Of a stretch of DNA of 64,000 nt, positions 55,337 to 64,000 are shown in pieces. This stretch comes from Eledone cirrhosa (taxonomy: Eukaryota). The notes beneath the pieces were generated by a model, which was given only the letters and a program-made list of their open reading frames with translations, ran no database searches and was not told the origin of the DNA. Each line of letters opens with the position of its first letter. Position 1 is the stretch's first letter. The DNA lies in the NCBI GenBank assembly GCA_964016885.1, contig OZ024740.1, positions 299,956,001 through 300,020,000 on the forward strand, in the 5' to 3' direction. The position numbers were made by a program, and so were the translations under genes.

Positions 55337-55859
55337 TGTGCATGTGTATTTTGTGTGTTTTCCTAATTATACCCATACACTAGATTAACTCATATGTCCC
55401 TCTTTCTCTCTCTACATATACATACATATATAGTTTATTGCAGCTGATATATTGACCTCTTACAACGGAATTCCATATGTGTGCTACACGTTTCTTAAGC
55501 TCTTTTTTTTTATAAAAACATGTAAAAAAATAAGGTTTTATACAAAGTGTGTGAAGTTTCGGAGAATATTCTCAGAAAATTGTAGTAGATTCTCAATATT
55601 TTTTTCCATTATATGGACAGACCTTATTTTGTCCCGTAGTGTAATAAACACAACTGACATTATAGAAAACGATTAACTAACCAAACATTCATTGTTGATA
55701 TTGCAACTGCATAAACTACGTGGTTGTCAATACTTCACAAAATCTGCAATGCCAATGCTGATCGTTAGACCATGCCTTAAATTCATATATTATCATGGAT
55801 AAAAAATTGATAAATTATTTAAGGCAAAAGATAAATGTGGTAATGAATCTATTTCTACG

Positions 55860-56660
55860 CCAGGTGCCTCAACCGTTTGTGGATTGGGACCTCGAGGAAT
55901 CTGTAGCATTTGGGCTGACGATGGTCTTACTGTCCCATAGTATTTAGGTTTTTACCTCAACTGTGACGAAATCAAGTGAAAACTAACTTTCTTGCGGATG
56001 GGATTGTTCCTAAAGCAACACAGTCGCTATAACCAGCGTTCTGCCACGCAACCAAATTGCAGCGCATTTTTCAATTGCAAGCCCCCCCCCCCCCCCCCTC
56101 CCTCCCTATCAACTGATACATCTCCTGATGATCCATGACCACTGCCTCCACATGAGTGAGCTACGCAAATGCCGATATGGAGACCTTGTCGACTAATGTA
56201 GACTACAACCATTATTTTTCTGCCAGGTGGCAGGTAAATTTCTTCGACTCGGTTATTTAAATGACATCTTCAGAATGGGCCTCGAAACGGCAGATTTTCC
56301 ATCACAACTAGAATCTGCCGACTTTAAAAGCAGTGATGGCAAGGGAGCAGACGAGATAATTCGCTTCACGTTCAAGGGAGGTAAATATCTAATATGTGAC
56401 GCCACGTGCGACAATATATTCTCTGCCTCCCACTTTTTCGATTCTCCCACAAATCCGGGTAACACACCCTGTACCTTGCAGTTACATATCGGAACTTGAA
56501 ATACCGTTTCCTTTTTGTGTCGACTGGCGTTGAGACATAGGTTGGGCTAGGTCCCCAATCTGCAAAATCTAGACTAGTGCATCATGAGTTAGAATGGCTG
56601 ACGCAAGAGATGTGGATGACTGTTTTCTGAGGCAAAGCCTTCGTCATTTTGTCCGTGGTG
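55860..56660 (+). pseudogene. Decayed CRE-like non-LTR retrotransposon C-terminus (restriction-like endonuclease)
   Basis: GKFLR...LNDI; DGKGADEI..FKGGKYLICDATCDN (cf. DGKRPDG..W..GK.LVWDATC.DT). Confidence 0.65.
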
Positions 56661-57160
56661 CGTAGCTGAGCTATAGCACCAAGATCGGTCTGTAACATCT
56701 GCCGCTCACCTTTACGTTAAATTTGCAATTTATTTCTTTTTCGTTCGTTCGTGTTTTTTTTCATTCTATTACATTATTTAATGTGTTTTCATTTTGATAA
56801 ATAAAAACATTTACTTTTCCATTCCATTAAAATATGTTTTTGACGGAAGTTTCTCTATGAAATTAATAATTGCATAATTCTAATGCAGCGAAAGAAATTA
56901 ACAAAATACATAGCGTATATGTTAAATGAATATTTACCGTAACACTACATGCTTTTCGGTAAAATGTAAAATTAAGAAGAAAATACTAGACAAAATAAAA
57001 TTCACGTTTTCTGAAAATCGATTTCAACTTCCGATCTTGCCTTTTGAGTAATACCTGAATATTTACGAGTCCTTAAAATGTCACGCCCTTCATACTTCTC
57101 CCACACTCTCTCTTGTAATTGTACCCAATCTCTCTCTATATATCTATATATTGCCTCCCC

Positions 57161-57298
<138 letters not shown>

Positions 57299-58444
57299 AT
57301 ATATATATAAGAAAGTAAGTCCATAGAATCATTTGATAAAATAAATACAGTATTTCTTCTCCCAATCAGCATAATCAACCACCTAAAAAATCAATTACAC
57401 GAGGCTATGAGTTTAAAATGTACCTATGAAGAAACAATAAACAAATAAATGATAACTATTTTATCCGCGATCCACAGCCACAGAATATTTACCTAGTATT
57501 TCTAATAGCCCGTAGAAATAGACTAGACATATAGCTAACCATACACAATTAGGTACAACATCAACGTTAGAAGAAAAAATGACATAAACATACCAAAATT
57601 ATGTTTCTACCCCCGGAAGTTTCATTCGCTTTTTGGAAATATCCGATCATGGATAAATCAACGGGTTTCGAAATCATCAGGAAATAAACTCAATTGGACA
57701 AAGATTTTTCTTAAATGATCCCCGCCAGAAACGAATTCAAAATGGCTAAGAATTGTCACATGGCAGTGGTCAAGTCAGAAAGCTTGTGATTAGAGCCTGA
57801 CGGCTAGTAGGCTGGTTGCTAGAAAGCGCAGCCGAATACTGCCTAAAATTTTACTCAAGCTTACGGGAGTATATAAAATATAGAGGTTTACATATACAAA
57901 ATAGACAGAGCCATATATATATATGTTTTCGGCAATCATTCACGATGTGGCTCAATGACGAATTAATTAATTAAATAATCAACAATCAATATATAAGTGA
58001 ATGGTTGCCAAAAACATATATATATATATATGGCTCTGTCTAGTTTATGTATATGTAAACCTCTATATTTTATATATATATACAATGATATTAAATAAAT
58101 GGAAACTATATTTATAAAACAATATTTATTCTATTATATATTTCAAGGGTACCAAAATTTTGGTACGCCCTCATCAGATAAAATACAAAGTTTGTTTTAT
58201 AAATTGTTACTTAACCAAGAAAATATACCTTAACGATTCAAGTTTTGCTTGGATAATGAATGGAAGGGAGAGGAAAAGTCAGATATTTCAAATTATTAAG
58301 ATGAGTGTGCAAATGAGGTTACGGTATAGGGCTGAAAAAACGTTATTTTAGACGGTATGCAGAATTTATATAATTAGGATATATGTATGTATGAGTAGGA
58401 AGAAGAAAAAAAAGAAAGAAGAGCTTGTATTTACGTTAATTTAA

Positions 58445-58580
<136 letters not shown>

Positions 58581-58630
58581 ATATATATATGTATATATAT
58601 ATATTTATAAAAATAACAGATTATATATAT

Positions 58631-58820
58631 AGGAAAAAGTATGACCCCGACGGCAGAGCTCAAGCCGTTTCGATGGCTATTTCTGGCCAGACATAGCCGT
58701 CGAAATGGCTTGAGCTCTGCCGCCGGGGTCATACTTTTTCCTATTGCCACTCTACTTCCCTAAGTATTGAGTACTCGGGTGCGTTATGGTCCATCTCGTT
58801 CCTTACCACAATTCCTTTGT

Positions 58821-58822
<2 letters not shown>
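58631..58822. mobile_element. Palindromic family C pseudo-LTR pair
   Basis: Inverted arms centred on tctggccaga (~58687); the right arm extends into the tail; in (TA)n. Confidence 0.88.
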
Positions 58823-58896
<74 letters not shown>

Positions 58897-59185
58897 TATT
58901 TATGCCTCAGTAAGCCTTGTTATTCTGGAATTGCACCTGGGAAATCGTAGGATCAGAGTCTTGTGTGATGATCCTGAAAATGCGAAGGTGAAATGCCAAA
59001 GTAAGAAGGCTCACTACATAGCCATAATAAATGAATATTTAACTCTATTACAGTATTGAGGGCTCATTCCCTCGCCAGTCAATAACACACCGATATTTAC
59101 CTATCAACAATATATATATATTTTTATCTCAATCTCTCTCTCTCTCTCTCTCTCCCTCTCTGTATTCTCTTTCTTTTTCTATATA

Positions 59186-59669
59186 TAAATAAATATATAA
59201 GTATCTACACGTACATACACATAGGTATACAGACGTACAGTAGTATGTATATATACATACATGCATGCACACATATATATATGTACGTATGGGTTCACCG
59301 AACATGGATTCACCGAACATCCCTTATTAAGCCGTAGTGTCTAGCAACCATCGTTGCTCGTTTGTTCAACACTGACAAAGGAGCGCTGTACTTGTTTCAA
59401 GCTTATTAGCTATCGTCAGCAACGTATACCTTCCTGCCAGATTGTTGAACGTATATACTTACCTTATGCATATTAACGGCTGAGTAGCCCAATTTGCATA
59501 TCGCGTGGGTTGATCGACCGAGTGCACCGAAAATGATAGACGGAAAAATGAAACGATGGTTGCTAGACACTACGGCTTAATACGGGATGTTTGTTTACAA
59601 ACACACCGAGCATTATAATAAATGTTCGGTGAATCCATACGTACATATATATATATGTGTGTGTGCATG

Positions 59670-59718
<49 letters not shown>

Positions 59719-59768
59719 TACTGTACGTCTGTATACATATATGTATGTACGTGTACATACTTATATTT
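59186..59768. mobile_element. MITE-like/fold-back element with long nested inverted repeats
   Basis: catccc.tattaagccgtagtgtctagcaaccatcgtt (59318-59355) mirrors 59552-59589; outer arms 59186-59303 mirror 59620-59768. Confidence 0.7.
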
Positions 59769-59825
59769 AAGTAACAGCCGTACTAAGAGTGGGAAATGAA
59801 ATTTCGTTTCATTTTTTCCGTTTAA

Positions 59826-59912
<87 letters not shown>

Positions 59913-60545
59913 TATAATTTAATACAATAACAGAGATAGCTTAAAGCTAATCTCTGACTGGTAACCATCTCACTCAACAAACATTAGGTTATATGTTAGT
60001 ATAAACCCAATTTAAGTGTTTGCTAACTATATGTATTTTGTAGAAAGCCAGTTCTATTATTTTATGAGATATAATTAAAGTTAAAATATATCTCTCTTTC
60101 CAAACAATTGTTTCATTATAAGTTTTCTACAAATTGGGAGAATGTTTCCAGTTTATGTAGAAGTCTAACATATATTCATGTAAGAATATATTTAGGTGGG
60201 CACTTATAAATCTTCAGTGGAAGCCCATTAAACTTTGATATAAGAAAACATTCTTACCGCAGTTAAAAATCGTGTCTGCGAAGCTGCTCCTTCACGCATC
60301 GAATGACCGCCAAATTTTAAATTCCAGCAGTCTTTTGACTGAGGAAGTTTCATAGCGTCACGAAGCGGGAAAGGGAGACAACCACGATTCACGAGAAAAG
60401 AAAATAATATTCACGTGGGTTAATTAGTTTTTTCAAAAATATTATCAATCCAACGTGTTAAGAACTCAATTGAAATAAAAAAAATAAATGTATGCATGTA
60501 TTAATTACACACGCATATAGATATTTTCATATATACATATATATA

Positions 60546-61300
60546 TAGTGGTGGAACACTGCAAGGTAATATCCGTAGCGGTAGAGCACTCAGTCCAAGG
60601 GACGAGTTAGGTAGAAGCTTGCCCCCTTCAACAACAATGCAACACACCAGCTGTAATCTATGAAGCTGTGGTCACTTCCAACCGACCAAACGAACCACAG
60701 GAGGTCAAATTCTATGTGGGCATGGCGGAGAGCCGATTCAAGGAGCATTTCCTGAACCACCAGTCTACCTTGAGATACCCGGATAGACGTTCATCCACGA
60801 AACTAGCGAGCCACGTATGGTCCCTCAAGGACTCAAGTATAGGGTACTCCATTCAATGGAAAGCCATCATTAAGTCCAAGCCATACGCAAGAGGGAATCC
60901 GACGTATGGCTTATGTATTGACGAACGAATAACTATCATAAAGAGATTACGCAATATTGATTGCCTAAACACGAGAAGTGAATTTTTCACACGTTTGTCC
61001 ACACGTCACCAAACATCTATTGCATAACTACAAGGCTCAGGACTGATTCTTTGTAATTTAATTTTTAATTTTTTTATTTTATTTTCAACCAAAAAACTTT
61101 CCGGACTTTCGCAGTTATCTCCCTTACACCCCCCGCACGCAGTCTAGTATTGCCTGTAGGAAGTGACCGGCTTCTGCGCATGCGCGTTCGTACGGTTGTC
61201 CTTCCTGTTCCTATAACCATACACATCCCGAGCTGAAGTTCCGCGAAGGTGAAACAATTGTTCTCGGTATGGTGAACTAACTGTTGTGTAACCACTTCTA
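60546..61300 (+). mobile_element. 5'-truncated PLE (family E): GIY-YIG, pseudo-LTR and inverted 5' tail
   Basis: VIYEAVV..FYVGMAESRFKEHFLNH, LCIDER, LNTRSE; HHR-like motif at 61228-61267 (A9 mutated). Confidence 0.9.
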
Positions 61301-61341
61301 TATATATATATTTTTTTTCAAGAGATATCCGTAGGTGTGAA

Positions 61342-61406
<65 letters not shown>

Positions 61407-61863
61407 TTGCATACATAAATACCGATTATTTTTATATATATCGGCTGAAGTTGGTTCTTCAGAGTCTGAAAACAAATATTCAATAAATAGAAATTGTAGA
61501 ATCATGAGACAGATTTTTAATATAACAATCAAAACATCACCAGGAAACGTTCAAAATCTTTAGTATGTATCTGTATTGGGTGTGCTTGATAAAAAGGAAA
61601 ATATGAAAACGGAGAAATGAAATTTAATATTATTCATTTTCTCTGCAGAAACTAAATCTCCGGTGTTTAAAGCGTAATATGGTAGAATGAGCAGCCAAGT
61701 ATGCATATAATATATTGATATGCAAATACACCGGTCTCTAGCTGACTAACGTTCTCGTCAATCGTATCACTTAATTTTTCTCTCAACCTTTCTGCATATA
61801 CGTTCTTAATATTTTATTCTGTCCCTGTTTCTCTGTCTGCCTGACCCCCCTCTCTCTCTTTCT

Positions 61864-61895
<32 letters not shown>

Positions 61896-61896
61896 T

Positions 61897-62022
<126 letters not shown>

Positions 62023-62058
62023 TATATATATATATGTGTGTGCATGTGTTTGTGTGAT

Positions 62059-62106
<48 letters not shown>

Positions 62107-62200
62107 TTTATATATATGTATATATATGTGTGTGTATATATGTGTATGTATTATGAGTGCATATATATATATAGACGTATAACGAATAAAATAAAAGAAA

Positions 62201-62267
<67 letters not shown>

Positions 62268-62676
62268 TAGGTTGCGTACATAAATATACCAAACTCTTTC
62301 AGTGATTAGACGAACATTTCATAATGGTAGACACTCATGATAATTCCTTTATTTACCATCGGTGTTAAAAAGAAAAGAAAATTTCAAAGACTACTTGGAA
62401 ACAGCAATAAATTAATCAACTTTGCCGCACTCTATCACTTAATACACATGTCTAAAATATAATCTATCGACATCAGGTAAATGCAATATAGACGTTTCCA
62501 GACCCATAACTGAATCCGTACATGTTGATTTAAGCGCCTATTGTACCTGTCTGTCCTAAGCTAATAATTTACTCGTGGGAATCGCTTCTATATCTCTTTA
62601 GTTTCAAACTCTTCTTTGTTTCTGCTGCTACTGCTGCTGCTGCTGCTGCTACTACTACTACTACTACTACTACTAC

Positions 62677-62677
<1 letters not shown>

Positions 62678-62718
<41 letters not shown>

Positions 62719-63530
62719 TTTCTTTATTAACCACAAGGGTTTACATAAAGTAGACATTAAGGACAGTGCAGGACAATACAGGACGGTACAAATGGGCATT
62801 TCTGCGTGTAAAAAACAAAAACAGAAGATGTAACAAAAAAATAACAATGAAAAATTCCCCAATAGGGGGGAGAATTCGGAGGGACATTTGTGGAGAAAGC
62901 CCAGTAAAAGGCCACAGTGACCCTGACCACCAAGGCAAGTGCCCTCTCCCAGTTTTCCACCTTTAATTTACAGATATATACTCAGAGTAGGCCCATTCAC
63001 TCGGGCCATTCTTGCTTTTCTCACCCATCTTTCAACAAAATGCTGGGAAGAGAGCACTTCCCTCTCTACTCTGATTTTCCTTTTCAAATGAAATTTGAAA
63101 AAGTCAATCAGAGCATCACCGAAGAGGTAAGTGCTCGTCTTCAGCCCTTTCGAACGTGTCCACCATACTATCTCTTTCGCCATGGCCACCAGACAGATAA
63201 AAACTGCCTGCCCTTCCCAGCTAAAGGAGGAGGGCGGGGCAATCCTCACGATGGACTCAGATGATAGCCGGATCCGTCCTACACGCGACAGCAGGTGTTC
63301 GACATAAACCCACAAGTCATCAATTTTCGGACACTGGACGAGTGCGTGCAGGACAGTATCGTCGCCCTGCGCGCATCTCGTACATGCCCGGCTGACGGCA
63401 CCTCCATGCCTGTAGAGTTTATCCAGAACTGGCAAGGCTCCTCGGTAGCACTTCCAGGCCAGAGATTTCTGTAAGTTGTCCATAGACCCTGGCCCGAAAG
63501 TTCTTCCGAAGAGATTGGTTAGTTGATTTT
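62678..63530 (-). mobile_element. 3' end of an L1/Tx1-like LINE (zf-RVT) with polyA signal and (TTA)n tail
   Basis: LAWKCYRGALPV..CTRC..DTVLHALVQCP..LW; minus-strand aataaa then (tta)n. Confidence 0.85.
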
Positions 63531-64000
63531 CGTCGACGCTTCCCAAGGATCTCCAGTTGATGTTAACTCTGTTTCCCAGGACTTCATAGTTTTGCCCAAC
63601 AACTGTCTGATGTTATCTGCCACCTTGAAGATCTCCAGGCTTTTGGTGATCCAAGAATGAGGCACCATGTCAAATGCCTTTTTGTAGTCTATATATCCCA
63701 TGGCAAGACTAGTGTGTCTCCTCTTGCAATTCCTCATTACCATCTTATCAATAAGTAACTGGTCCTTTGTACCATGTGACTTCTTTCGGCATCCTTTCTG
63801 TTCGTCCGGTAACAAGTTGTTTGTGTGGAGGTGATGGTAGATTTCCTCAGACATAATGCTTGTCAACAGTTTCCACATTACGGACAGACATGTGATAGGT
63901 CTATAGTTGGTAACATCATTACCCTTGATTCGGTCTTTCATTATCAGAACTGTGGTACCTTTTGTCAACCACTCTGGTACCTCACCTGACAACAAGCAGT
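63531..64000 (-). mobile_element. R4/Dong-like LINE reverse transcriptase fragment (continues beyond window)
   Basis: [52 protein letters not shown]. Confidence 0.88.

Noticed and set aside
57654-57687. Minus-strand CUGAUGA-uuuc-GAAA stem-II-less hammerhead
   Set aside because: Stems I and III are only about 2 bp and could arise by chance.
58958-59010. GUGAUGA-uccu..aggu-GAAA HHR-like motif
   Set aside because: Mutated core and no clear stem III or cleavage triplet.

Overview
AT-rich, microsatellite-dense eukaryotic DNA. A cephalopod/mollusc source is inferred from the repeat landscape only. No intact host gene is evident, and most ORFs in the track are (TA)n/(GA)n artefacts. The window is a retroelement graveyard. 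It is dominated by several families of Penelope-like elements (PLEs: RT plus GIY-YIG), nearly all inserted in (TA)n. Their pseudo-LTRs carry at least six families of hammerhead-ribozyme (HHR) folds, including a U3-A8 core variant and an aberrant-core family (CRGANNUA). Also present: a near-full-length RTE-like LINE; fragments of L1/Tx1-like, R4/Dong-like and CRE-like LINEs; a pogo/Tigger remnant; many tRNA-derived SINEs; and a MITE. The most unusual item is a decayed Helitron-like element in which a PIF1 helicase is followed directly by a USP/C19 deubiquitinase domain and which ends in paired inverted hairpin-CTRR termini. All alignments and RNA folds were done by eye, so coordinates of decayed elements are approximate.
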